This document shows positions 9,059-18,231 of a stretch of DNA of 64,000 bases, piece after piece (position 1 is the stretch's first letter; each line of letters opens with the position of its first letter). The translations under genes and the position numbers were made by a program. The stretch comes from a candidate division FCPU426 bacterium. Its GTDB lineage: Bacteria > Oederibacteriota > Muellerivitia > Muellerivitales > Muellerivitaceae. The notes under the pieces were generated by a model, which worked only from the letters and a program-made list of their open reading frames with translations, ran no database searches and was not told the origin of the DNA. Location of the stretch: positions 128,001 to 192,000 of the forward strand of contig CAVYSE010000028.1 of the NCBI GenBank assembly GCA_963771075.1, in the 5' to 3' direction.

Positions 9059-11256
9059 GCGATTCCCAATCCTTCAAAAAATTCGGGCTGGTTCCAGCCC
9101 TTTTCGCCCCCGGCCCGAAGGGACTCCAACCGGAGAAGGCCTTCCAGGTCCACTAGGTCTGTCGATTGGCCCCCGATCGGCAGGGTTCCCCGGATGCCCG
9201 GGCGGCCCAAGCAATCGGATATCTCCGCGGAAGGGCTTTCAAGAATATCCAACGCTTCCTCCACCTCCAGGGCGAAGGTTTTTCCCTTATGGGAGCAAAC
9301 AACAGCTTGCGTTTTTTCATCCGGCTTTTTGGATGGGCCCACGAAGGAATCATCCCTCGACAAAAGCCGGGCGGATCTTAACAGTAAAAGAAGCTTGCCC
9401 TCATGGGGAACGGTTTCCACAGCGCCGGTGGATTGGACTTCCTCCGGCAGGAACGAAGCCAGCCTCAGGACCGATTCCAGGTCCAGGGCAAGGCGGTCCA
9501 TCGAAGCGGTCTTAAAAACCAAAAACTTGCGGGAAACCCCTTCCTGGGAAGTTGGGTCCGTACGGGCCTGCGGAACGGACTCTGATTCACTAAGGGTTTT
9601 AAGGAATTCAATGCCGGCCTTTTGGGCCAATCCGCGGACATCCAGGATCAGGGTCACCCGCCCATCCCCCAGGATCGTGGACCCCGACCAAACGGGGATG
9701 GTCTTGAGGTGATGGCCCAGCGGCTTCACGACTACCTCTTGGAAATCGCCAACGCCCTCCAGGAGCAAACCAAAATCACCGCGGTCATAGTTCAACACCG
9801 CGATATAGCGGGTTCGCTGGGCCTGGTTGGTATCCGGTGGAAAGGCGAGGACTTCCCGCAGGATGACCAGCGGAAGAAGTTTCCCCCGCAACCGATAAAC
9901 AGGCGCTTGATGGATTTTATTTAACTCCTTGGACGCCTTTTCGGGGTCCAGACGGATCAATTCCTTGAGGGCGGCCCGGGGCAAGACAAAGGTCTGACCT
10001 CCGGTTTCCACCAGCAGGGCGGGAAGCACCGCCAGTGTCAGGGGAATTCTCAGGCGGAAAAGGGTGCCTTGGCCTTTTTTCGATTCCACCTCCACCTTGC
10101 CGCCCATACGGTCCAGGTTGGCTTTGACCACATCCATCCCAACCCCCCGGCCCGAGAATTGGGTGACTTCCTTCGCGGTGGAAAAACCCGCTTGGAAGAT
10201 CAGCTGGGAAGCCTTTTCCATGTCCAGATGGGCGGCTTCTTCTGCGGTAATCAGTTTTTCCTGCACGGCCTTCGCTCGGATCTTCTCAAGGGAAAGACCC
10301 GCCCCGTCGTCGGAAACCTCGACCAGGACCTGGCCCGATTCATGGGAGGCCTTTAACCTCAATTTTCCATCGGGGGACTTCCCGGCCTTTTGTCGATTCT
10401 CCGGGCTTTCCAACCCATGGTCGACGGCGTTGCGCACCAGATGGGTCAAGGGATCCCGGATCAATTCCAGAAGACCCTTATCCACCTCGGTTTCCCCGCC
10501 GATCATTTCCAAAACGACTTTCTTGCCGCAGGCGTCCCCTATATCCCGCACTAACCGGGGAAACCTGTTCCAAAGCACCGAAATGGGCTGAAGCCTCGCT
10601 TTCATCACCTTTTCCTGCAAGCGCATGGAAAGGTCGCTGAGGGGCTGGAGGCGGGAGATCCATTGTGGATTTTTTTCAGAAAGCGCCCATTGAAGGGCTT
10701 GGTTGCGGGCCAGGACCAATTCACCGCTGAGATTCATCAAGTGGTCCAATTGGGCCACATCTATCCGCAACGCCGTATCCTCGATAACGGAGGGGGTGGA
10801 TGACGATCCCTCCGGGGTTTTGGGGGAAACGGAAGCGGAAACTTGGGAAGAATCGGACGGAAGGGTTGGTGAAAGTTGGGCAAGCGCCTCCATTCGGGAA
10901 AGAATAGAGGAATCATCGGCTTTGCCTTCGGTCTGGTCGGTTTCCACATGGGATAGGATTCGGCGAATGGAGTCCACCAGGGCGAGCAGACCTCCGGTCA
11001 TGACCCGGGTGATCTTGAGTTTATCGGCCCGCAGGAGACTAAGAATGTTTTCACCTGAATGGGCCAGCTTAGCCAGTCGGGCATAGCCAAGAAATCCGCT
11101 GGTTCCCTTGAGGGTGTGGAGCGTTCGATAGATCTGGGCGAGTTTTTCCTTGTCAGAGGGGTTCTTTTCATAACTCATGAGATCCCGCTCGAACTTATCC
11201 AACCCCTCGTAACTTTCGAGGAGAAACTCTTTTGTTATTTCATCCATTTCGGCCAA
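9055..11256 (-). CDS. cheA: Chemotaxis histidine kinase CheA with an additional C-terminal CheW-like domain and no evident P2 domain
   Basis: Hpt YRTLHTLKG, dimerisation LDHLMNLSGELVLARNQ, HATPase HLVRNAVDHG / DDGAG / GRGVGMDVV, P5 domain, then a second CheW-like region. Confidence 0.96.
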   Translation of the reverse strand: MAEMDEITKEFLLESYEGLDKFERDLMSYEKNPSDKEKLAQIYRTLHTLKGTSGFLGYARLAKLAHSGENILSLLRADKLKITRVMTGGLLALVDSIRRILSHVETDQTEGKADDSSILSRMEALAQLSPTLPSDSSQVSASVSPKTPEGSSSTPSVIEDTALRIDVAQLDHLMNLSGELVLARNQALQWALSEKNPQWISRLQPLSDLSMRLQEKVMKARLQPISVLWNRFPRLVRDIGDACGKKVVLEMIGGETEVDKGLLELIRDPLTHLVRNAVDHGLESPENRQKAGKSPDGKLRLKASHESGQVLVEVSDDGAGLSLEKIRAKAVQEKLITAEEAAHLDMEKASQLIFQAGFSTAKEVTQFSGRGVGMDVVKANLDRMGGKVEVESKKGQGTLFRLRIPLTLAVLPALLVETGGQTFVLPRAALKELIRLDPEKASKELNKIHQAPVYRLRGKLLPLVILREVLAFPPDTNQAQRTRYIAVLNYDRGDFGLLLEGVGDFQEVVVKPLGHHLKTIPVWSGSTILGDGRVTLILDVRGLAQKAGIEFLKTLSESESVPQARTDPTSQEGVSRKFLVFKTASMDRLALDLESVLRLASFLPEEVQSTGAVETVPHEGKLLLLLRSARLLSRDDSFVGPSKKPDEKTQAVVCSHKGKTFALEVEEALDILESPSAEISDCLGRPGIRGTLPIGGQSTDLVDLEGLLRLESLRAGGEKGWNQPEFFEGLGIA

Positions 11257-11599
11257 GAAACTCTCCCAAATTCCACTCAGTAACCGTTAAAAAAACCTCA
11301 AACTTTTATCGAGAAAACGCGAAGATCGTGAAGAAAAGCAAAGTATTGTTTGACCCTATAATTTAAAGGTTAAACCTTATCCTTTAGGTTAACCGGGATA
11401 AGTATTAAACCTCTGCAACATGCAAACTTCACCCTAAAAACCAGCACTAAAATCAACATTTTATATAAAGATTTCCAAATTGAACTGTTTCAAAAGTGCA
11501 TTTATCTCCGACACGCCCTTGTGGGATAAAGGGGCGGCCGTTAACCTGAAGACCTAAAACCATTTTCCATGCGGATGATGAGGAAAGGTCATTCATTTC

Positions 11600-12562
11600 A
11601 TGACGGAAATAGAAAAAGCCGCCCGAATCATCCAAGAAGGCGGTTTGGTGGCCTTTCCCACCGAAACGGTTTATGGTTTGGGCGCCGATGCCCTCAATCC
11701 CATGGCAGTGGCCCGCATCTTCGAGGTTAAACACCGCCCTCAATTTGATCCCCTTATTGTTCACGTGGCGGATCTGCGCCAAGCCGAGATATTGGTTAAA
11801 AACCTGCCTTCTCGGGCGGTGAAATTGGCCGATGCCTTTTGGCCCGGTCCCCTGACCCTGGTTTTGGAAAAAAGCCCCTTGATTCCCGATTTGGTCACCG
11901 CTTCCCTTCCCACCGTCGCCCTACGGGTGCCGGATCATCCCCTGGCCTTGAGCCTGATACAAGAGTCGGGCAGGCCCATCGCGGCGCCCAGCGCGAACCC
12001 TTTTGGAGGCGTCAGCCCCACGACCGCCGGTCATGTCCATAAATCCTTGGGCGGGAAAGTAGACCTCATCCTGGATGGCGGAGCCTGCCGCGTGGGTGTG
12101 GAATCCACGGTCCTTTCCCTTACAGGGGAAATTCCCGTTTTACTTCGTCCGGGCGGGGTCAGCCTGGAGGATCTTCAATCCCTCCTGGGCGAAGTGGCTC
12201 TGGCCCAGGAAGGGTCCCTTCCCCAGGCCCCCGGCCAGCTTCCCAGCCATTACGCGCCTTGCACTCCCCTTCGATTTCTCGACCGGCTTCCCTCCCAATC
12301 TTTTAAAGGCCAATGGGGGCTTCTCACCCTACAACCCATCAAGGAAAACCATTCCTTTGAGGTGATTGAATGTTTATCGGCCGCGGGCGACCTTCGGGAA
12401 GCGGCGGCCAATCTTTTTTCATCCTTGCGGAAATTGGACTCGATGGGATTGGACGGGATCCTGGCCCTTTCCGTCCCCGAGATAGGATTGGGGCGGGCGA
12501 TCAACGACCGACTGAGGCGAGCCGGCGCCCAAACGGATCCGTCCCGCCCAACCCAGTCCTAA
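11600..12562 (+). CDS. sua5: L-threonylcarbamoyladenylate synthase, long Sua5 form
   Basis: VAFPTETVYGLGA, FWPGPLT, AAPSAN, GVESTV and the SUA5 linker PGQLPSHYAP. Confidence 0.96.
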   Translation: MTEIEKAARIIQEGGLVAFPTETVYGLGADALNPMAVARIFEVKHRPQFDPLIVHVADLRQAEILVKNLPSRAVKLADAFWPGPLTLVLEKSPLIPDLVTASLPTVALRVPDHPLALSLIQESGRPIAAPSANPFGGVSPTTAGHVHKSLGGKVDLILDGGACRVGVESTVLSLTGEIPVLLRPGGVSLEDLQSLLGEVALAQEGSLPQAPGQLPSHYAPCTPLRFLDRLPSQSFKGQWGLLTLQPIKENHSFEVIECLSAAGDLREAAANLFSSLRKLDSMGLDGILALSVPEIGLGRAINDRLRRAGAQTDPSRPTQS

Positions 12563-12969
12563 CTGGAATGATCCGATACCGGCGTAAGTTCTTCCGGTGG
12601 CAGCAGTCCCAGAAGACTTCCGACCATTCGATCGATATCGGAATCGGTTTGAAAAGGAGGATCATTCTTGAAAAAGCCTTCCGATTGGAAACATCGGGCT
12701 AATCGATCCTCCAAATCCGCGATCATTAGGACCTTCATGTTGGAATAAAGGCCCCGGAGGCGCACCATCAATTCCAGGACATCGGGACAAGCCCCGTCCA
12801 GGTCCATGATGAGAAGGTCATAACCCTGGGCTTCAAGTTTGTTCCAGGCTTGGGAAATCCTCTCAACCCCTTCGGTTTCAAAACCCAGTTCCCCAAAATA
12901 ACGACATCCCTGGGAGCGCGCACCGGGCTTGGGTTCCAAGACAAGAATTTTAAAATCATTCAGTGGCAT
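12559..12969 (-). CDS. Atypical receiver-like domain protein
   Basis: KILVLE...YDLLIMDLDG...KVLMIA resembles a REC fold without the acidic pair; GAGG-preceded ATG at 12969. Confidence 0.5.
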   Translation of the reverse strand: MPLNDFKILVLEPKPGARSQGCRYFGELGFETEGVERISQAWNKLEAQGYDLLIMDLDGACPDVLELMVRLRGLYSNMKVLMIADLEDRLARCFQSEGFFKNDPPFQTDSDIDRMVGSLLGLLPPEELTPVSDHSS

Positions 12970-13159
12970 GGTTTCCTCGGGCATCGCTGTTTGGATGAAT
13001 CGGACATGAAACTCCGACCGCCTTATGATGCCTAATGGTTGTCTAAACATTTATGTTCAATGTCATAAACAACAGGACAAATCCGTTTGGAGGCCTGTGT
13101 TAAAGAGGGGCGAAAGAGGCTAAAATTTCGTTGTTTTCATCCACCGGACGGAGGATTTC

Positions 13160-14128
13160 ATGCGTTATCGTCGTCTTGGACAAACTGACCTGGAGGTTTC
13201 CGAAATCAGCCTGGGTTGCTGGACCCTGGGAGGTTTGAATTGGGTCAACGGTTCCCCCAACGGCTGGGCCAACGTGGATGAGGCGGAGGTCAAACGGGCC
13301 ATCGATTACGCCCTGGAGCAAGGGGTGAACCACTTCGATAACGCGGATGTCTACGGGAACGGGCGGGCCGAACAGATGCTCGCGCGGTTATTAGGCGACC
13401 GGACAAAAAAAGTCTCCATCGCGTCCAAGATCGGCTGGTTTCCGGGGACGGCGGCCCATGCCTACGAAGCCGCCCATATCCGCCACCAGTGCGAACAATC
13501 CCTGATTAACCTGAGGCGGGATGTCATCGACCTTTATTATTTCCACCACGGGGACTTCGGCCCGAATGACCGGTACCTGGATGGAGCCGTGGACACGATG
13601 GTTAAATTAAGGAAAGAGGGAAAAATACGCCTGATCGGGCTATCCTCCTATTCCCACAAGGATTTCGAGAGGCTGGTTCCCCAAGTGAAGCCCGATGTGC
13701 TTCAAAGCTGGGCCCACATCATGGATGACCAGTTTATCCGGGAAGGCTCCCCGGTCCGAAAACTGTTGGATGGGCGGAAAATGAGTTTCGTGGCCTTCTC
13801 CCCCCTAAACCAGGGCCTGCTGTTGGGCAAATTCGATCCTAAAAATCCCCCCCAATTCGAGGCCGGGGACCATCGGCTCGGGGACAAGCGCTTCACCTCC
13901 GAAAACCTATTGGACCTCCAACCCAAAATCGAAAGACTGAAAACCCGGTTCGGTTCGGACGTGAGGGACCTGGCCCGGGTCGCCTTGCAGTACCTTTTGG
14001 CCGAGCCGGTGACTGCCTGCGTTATCCCGGGTTTCCGGAATCTCCACCAGGTGCAGGTCAATCTTTCGGGGGCGGAGAGCCCCCTGACGGCGGAAGACCT
14101 GGCCTATATCCGGCAAACTTTTGTTTAG
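13160..14128 (+). CDS. Aldo/keto reductase
   Basis: LGQTDLEVSEISLGCW, FDNADVYG, SLINLRRDVIDLYYFH, GKIRLIGLS, FSPLNQGLL. Confidence 0.94.
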   Translation: MRYRRLGQTDLEVSEISLGCWTLGGLNWVNGSPNGWANVDEAEVKRAIDYALEQGVNHFDNADVYGNGRAEQMLARLLGDRTKKVSIASKIGWFPGTAAHAYEAAHIRHQCEQSLINLRRDVIDLYYFHHGDFGPNDRYLDGAVDTMVKLRKEGKIRLIGLSSYSHKDFERLVPQVKPDVLQSWAHIMDDQFIREGSPVRKLLDGRKMSFVAFSPLNQGLLLGKFDPKNPPQFEAGDHRLGDKRFTSENLLDLQPKIERLKTRFGSDVRDLARVALQYLLAEPVTACVIPGFRNLHQVQVNLSGAESPLTAEDLAYIRQTFV

Positions 14129-14184
14129 CGGATGGGGTTAAGCCGTTTTCACGAATAGTTTTTATAAAACTACCGGAGGAAAAA

Positions 14185-14742
14185 ATGAAAAGAATATATT
14201 GGATTTTAACTTTTGCTCTGCTTTTTCAATCCCAGGCCCGCTCCCAGGATAACAGCGACACGGCGAACAAGGCCGCCATGGAAGCCGCGATTGTCTCGCC
14301 TTGGTTTTTGGGAATCAGCCTGGGCGCGTCCATCCCCTCGGAACAATGGGACCCCAACTTCCCCCTCGGCGGAGGGGGCGTCCTATCGGGGGGTTACCGG
14401 TTGAATACCGCCCTGGCCCTTCAGTTGGATTTGAACCCCTGGTTCTACACCGGCGGGGGGGATACCCTGACCGACTCCAGGATATTTTGCGATTTGCGGG
14501 TCAGTTTCCCCAGCAAAGGCTATGTCACCTATTTCCTCATCGGGCCAGGCTATGACGTTCAAGTGGCCAATAACGACGGCTATAACACTTCAACCCTAGC
14601 CGGAAATTTGGGTTTGGGGGCTCAATTCGATATTCACTCGGGGGAGCATATCTTTATCGAGGGCCGCTATGACATCTTGTTTTATAAGAACCTCAACCAG
14701 CAAGATGTACCTATTCTTTTTGGCCTGATGGAAGATTTGTAA
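14185..14742 (+). CDS. Secreted small outer-membrane beta-barrel protein
   Basis: Signal peptide; alternating Gly/aromatic strands (NLGLGAQFDI, IFIEGRY). Confidence 0.65.
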   Translation: MKRIYWILTFALLFQSQARSQDNSDTANKAAMEAAIVSPWFLGISLGASIPSEQWDPNFPLGGGGVLSGGYRLNTALALQLDLNPWFYTGGGDTLTDSRIFCDLRVSFPSKGYVTYFLIGPGYDVQVANNDGYNTSTLAGNLGLGAQFDIHSGEHIFIEGRYDILFYKNLNQQDVPILFGLMEDL

Positions 14743-14769
14743 CCGTCCAGGCAAAAGTCAAACCAAACC

Positions 14770-14858
14770 TCAACACAAAGAAACAAATTTCTTTTGCCAT
14801 AAGCCTTCGGTTTTATCGACTTCAAAATAACAAGCCACCCTTTGAGTCTTTGAGTTGG
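14770..14858. repeat. Degenerate inverted-repeat mini-element
   Basis: CAACACAAAGAAACAAA ... CTTTGAGTCTTTGAGTTG arms around an AT-rich core, intergenic. Confidence 0.45.
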
Positions 14859-14892
14859 ATTATTTAAACAGCATTAAGGAGATAGAAAAGCC

Positions 14893-16413
14893 ATGGCATC
14901 CCAAACGGCCTACGAAGAACTCTTGAAACGCATGAATGAGATCGCCCTCTTAGGCAACACGGCGGGCGTGCTGGGCTGGGACCAGGAAGTTTACATGCCC
15001 TCCGCCAACGCCCCTTACCGGGCGGAGCAGGAATCGCTCCTGGCGGGGATGATCCACCAGAAATTCACCGATCCCCGGGTGGGCGAATGGATCGCGGCCG
15101 CGGAGGCCTCGAAAGATCTCACGGGTGACGCCCTCTCCGACAGCGCCATCAATTTGCGGGAATGGCGCCGTTCCTACGACCGATCCAAGAAACTACCCCA
15201 ATCCCTGGTCGAGGAGATGGCCCGGGTTTCCTCCAACGCCCAGGTGGAATGGGTGGAGGCCCGGAAAACCAGCGACTTCAAGCGGTTCCAGCCCTGGCTG
15301 GAAAAGATCCTCAAACTCGTCCAGGAACAGGCCAAACACTACGGCTACCAGGACCATCCCTACGATGCCCTGTTAGAGGATTACGAACCCGGCCTGACCA
15401 CGAAAAAGCTCGACGCTTTGTTCCCCCCTTTAAGGGATAAGCTGTCGGCCCTCTCGGCCAAAATCACTTCCTCCCGTCGCCAACCCGACCTTTCCATTCT
15501 CAAACGGCCCTGCCCAGTGCCCGCCCAACAGGCCTTCTGCCGAAAATTGGCCGAGTCGATCGGTTTTGATTTCAACCGGGGACGCATCGACGTTTCCGCC
15601 CATCCCTTCACGACAGGTCTGGGGCCCGGGGACACGCGCATCACCACCCGGTTCGAGGAAACCAACTTCGAAAACGCCTTTTTCTCCACACTGCACGAGG
15701 CCGGCCACGGCATCTATGACCAGGGTTTGCCCTCGAGCCTGGACCTTTACGGCACGCCCCGCGCCTCTGCCGTTTCCCTGGGCATCCATGAGTCCCAATC
15801 CCGCCTGTGGGAAAACCTGGTGGGACGGAGCCTGGCCTTCTGGAAGTATTTTTTTCCGGAACTTCAAAAATCCTTCCCAGGGACCTTCGACGACGTGACG
15901 GTGGAGCAATTCCATTTCGCCATCAACCACTCCGCGCCCTCCCTCATCCGCACCGAGTCGGATGAGGTAACCTACAACCTGCACGTTTGCCTGCGCTACG
16001 AGATCGAGACCAGCCTCCTCGCGGGAAAATTGGAGACGGCCGAGGTGCCTCACCGCTGGAATGAATTAACGAAAAAATACCTGGGAATCACGCCCCCCAA
16101 CGACGCACAGGGCTGTTTGCAGGACGTGCATTGGAGCCACGGCAGTTTCGGCTATTTCCCCACCTATACCCTGGGAAACCTCTACTCCGCCCAGTTCTTC
16201 GCGGCGGCGGACCGGGAAGTCGGGCCCCTGGTCCCGGGATTCGAAAGGGGCGATTTCAAAGCCTTGAAAGGATGGCTCAACCAAAAAATCCACGCCGAGG
16301 GGCAAAAATACCTGGCGGGGGATTTGTGCGGGAAGGTGACGGGAAAACCCCTCAGCCCCGAGCCCTTCCTGGACTACCTGGGGAAAAAATTCGGGTCGTT
16401 ATACGGGTTTTAA
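14893..16413 (+). CDS. Carboxypeptidase M32 (Taq carboxypeptidase family)
   Basis: HPF, DTRITTR, HEAGH (HEXXH), HESQSR, IRTESDE, GCLQDVHW, GYFPTY. Confidence 0.96.
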   Translation: MASQTAYEELLKRMNEIALLGNTAGVLGWDQEVYMPSANAPYRAEQESLLAGMIHQKFTDPRVGEWIAAAEASKDLTGDALSDSAINLREWRRSYDRSKKLPQSLVEEMARVSSNAQVEWVEARKTSDFKRFQPWLEKILKLVQEQAKHYGYQDHPYDALLEDYEPGLTTKKLDALFPPLRDKLSALSAKITSSRRQPDLSILKRPCPVPAQQAFCRKLAESIGFDFNRGRIDVSAHPFTTGLGPGDTRITTRFEETNFENAFFSTLHEAGHGIYDQGLPSSLDLYGTPRASAVSLGIHESQSRLWENLVGRSLAFWKYFFPELQKSFPGTFDDVTVEQFHFAINHSAPSLIRTESDEVTYNLHVCLRYEIETSLLAGKLETAEVPHRWNELTKKYLGITPPNDAQGCLQDVHWSHGSFGYFPTYTLGNLYSAQFFAAADREVGPLVPGFERGDFKALKGWLNQKIHAEGQKYLAGDLCGKVTGKPLSPEPFLDYLGKKFGSLYGF

Positions 16414-18134
16414 TAAGGGCGCCGCTCAGGCGCGGCCTGAACTCCGGTATTGGCGGCCATTTTCGCTTTTTCCTCCTCCACCAAAACCCGCCGGAGCATC
16501 TTTCCCACCAGTTGGTTCTTGGGCAGGCTGTCCCTGAATTCCACGTCCCGGGGAACTTTGTACTTGGCCAGGCGGTCCTTGCAAAACTCGATGATTTCCT
16601 TCCTCGTGCAGGGGACGCCCGGTTTCAGGACCACGTAGGCCTTCAGCTTGTCCACCAGGACCCGGTCCGGGACACCGGCCACCACGCAATCCAGGACCTT
16701 TTCATACTTAAAAAGCACTTCCTCGACTTCCCGGGGATAAACGTTCTCGCCGCCCACCTTGACCATGTCCTTCTTGCGATCCACGACGGAGAAAAACCCT
16801 TCCTCGTCCATGACGGCGATATCCCCCGTATAGAGCCAGCCGTCCCGAAGGGTGCGTTGGGTTTCCTCGGGCTGGTTCCAATAGCCTTTCATGACCTGGG
16901 GCCCCTTAATGACCAATTCCCCCGCTTCCCCCGGCGGGAGAACCCGATCACCGGTTTCCAGGTCCATGACCCGCGCCTCCGTACCCGGCAGTGGAACCCC
17001 GATCCGACCCACCTTGCGTTTGCCGAAAACCGGGTTGCAATGCGTGACGGGCCCGGCCTCGGTGAGCCCGTACCCTTCTACCAATTTACCGCCGGTGAGT
17101 TCCTCGAACTGCCGTTGGACTTCCTCGTGCAGGGGCCCGGCCCCCGAGATGCAGGCTTTGATGCTCCGCACGTTGTATTTCTTCACCTGGGGATGGTTGT
17201 TGATGGCCGCGTAAAAGGCCTGCACCCCCGGCAGCACCCCCACCTGGTACTGATTGACCGTTTCCATGACCTGGACGACATCAAACCTGGGCAAAAGCAC
17301 CATGGCGGAGCCGAAGGCGATGGCGGTGTTCATCCCCACCGTCATGCCATAGCAATGGAAGATGGGAACCGCGACGAGGAAAATTTCCTGGCCCCCTTTC
17401 AACATCCAAAACCAGGACTTGCACTGGTAAGCGTTGGCCACAAGATTGCGGTGGGTCAGGATGGCGCCCTTGGAAAGGCCCGTGGTGCCGCCCGTGTACT
17501 GCAGGAGGGCGACGTCATCGACCTGGATGGTTCGCGGAAGTTTCGGCGGGGCCTTGGAAGACCGGCCCAATTCTTTCGTGAAGGATTTGAAAAGGGCGTC
17601 CTCCGGCCATGGCACCCAGGTCTTGTTCCTGAGGGACTTGAGCTTGAATAACCACCTCAGGGGAATGGGGAAATAATCGTTGATGCGGGTAAGCCAGGCT
17701 TTTTTCAACCCGCAGGCGGCCGACACTTGCCGCAGGATAGGCGCGAAACGGTCGAGGGAAACCACGTATTGGGCGCCCGAATCCCTCAACTGGGCGGAGG
17801 TTTCATCGGCGGTGTGGAGGGGATTCAATTGGGTGAGGATGGCCCCCGCGCGGAGCGCGCCGTAAAACGCGATCACGCAGGGCGGACAATTGGGAAGATA
17901 AAGCGCCACCCGTTCCCCGGGCCGCACCCCTTCCCGGATCAAGGCATTCGCGAATTGGTTGGCCTTTTCATTGAGTTGGCCATAGGTGATACGGGTTCCG
18001 AAATAATGGATGGCCGGGCGGTGGGGATATTGGCGGGAGATGCTTTCCAAAAAATCGGGAAGCGTCAGTTCCGGGTATTGGAGGTTTTTGGGAACCTGCT
18101 CGTCGTAGGATGAAAGCCAGGGCATGGAGGCCAT
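16410..18134 (-). CDS. fadD: Long-chain-fatty-acid--CoA ligase
   Basis: AMP-binding QYTGGTTGLSKG, EGYGLTE, GPQVMKGYW, GWLYTGD, DRKKD. Confidence 0.93.
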   Translation of the reverse strand: MASMPWLSSYDEQVPKNLQYPELTLPDFLESISRQYPHRPAIHYFGTRITYGQLNEKANQFANALIREGVRPGERVALYLPNCPPCVIAFYGALRAGAILTQLNPLHTADETSAQLRDSGAQYVVSLDRFAPILRQVSAACGLKKAWLTRINDYFPIPLRWLFKLKSLRNKTWVPWPEDALFKSFTKELGRSSKAPPKLPRTIQVDDVALLQYTGGTTGLSKGAILTHRNLVANAYQCKSWFWMLKGGQEIFLVAVPIFHCYGMTVGMNTAIAFGSAMVLLPRFDVVQVMETVNQYQVGVLPGVQAFYAAINNHPQVKKYNVRSIKACISGAGPLHEEVQRQFEELTGGKLVEGYGLTEAGPVTHCNPVFGKRKVGRIGVPLPGTEARVMDLETGDRVLPPGEAGELVIKGPQVMKGYWNQPEETQRTLRDGWLYTGDIAVMDEEGFFSVVDRKKDMVKVGGENVYPREVEEVLFKYEKVLDCVVAGVPDRVLVDKLKAYVVLKPGVPCTRKEIIEFCKDRLAKYKVPRDVEFRDSLPKNQLVGKMLRRVLVEEEKAKMAANTGVQAAPERRPY

Positions 18135-18231
18135 TGGGGCGCCTTTAGATCGGTTTTGGATAATCCCGGATCAGCCGCCGACATTATGAAACGGCCCACG
18201 CGGTGGCGGAATAAAAATTTTTTTCGGCGGC

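Noticed and set aside
11257..11599. Sigma28 promoter or operator palindromes (GGTTAA(A)CC) upstream of cheA
   Set aside because: Matches are short and weak in AT-rich DNA; no convincing TAAA-N15-GCCGATAA.
16131..17651. 506-aa plus-strand ORF
   Set aside because: Antisense to the acyl-CoA ligase; a typical high-GC shadow ORF.
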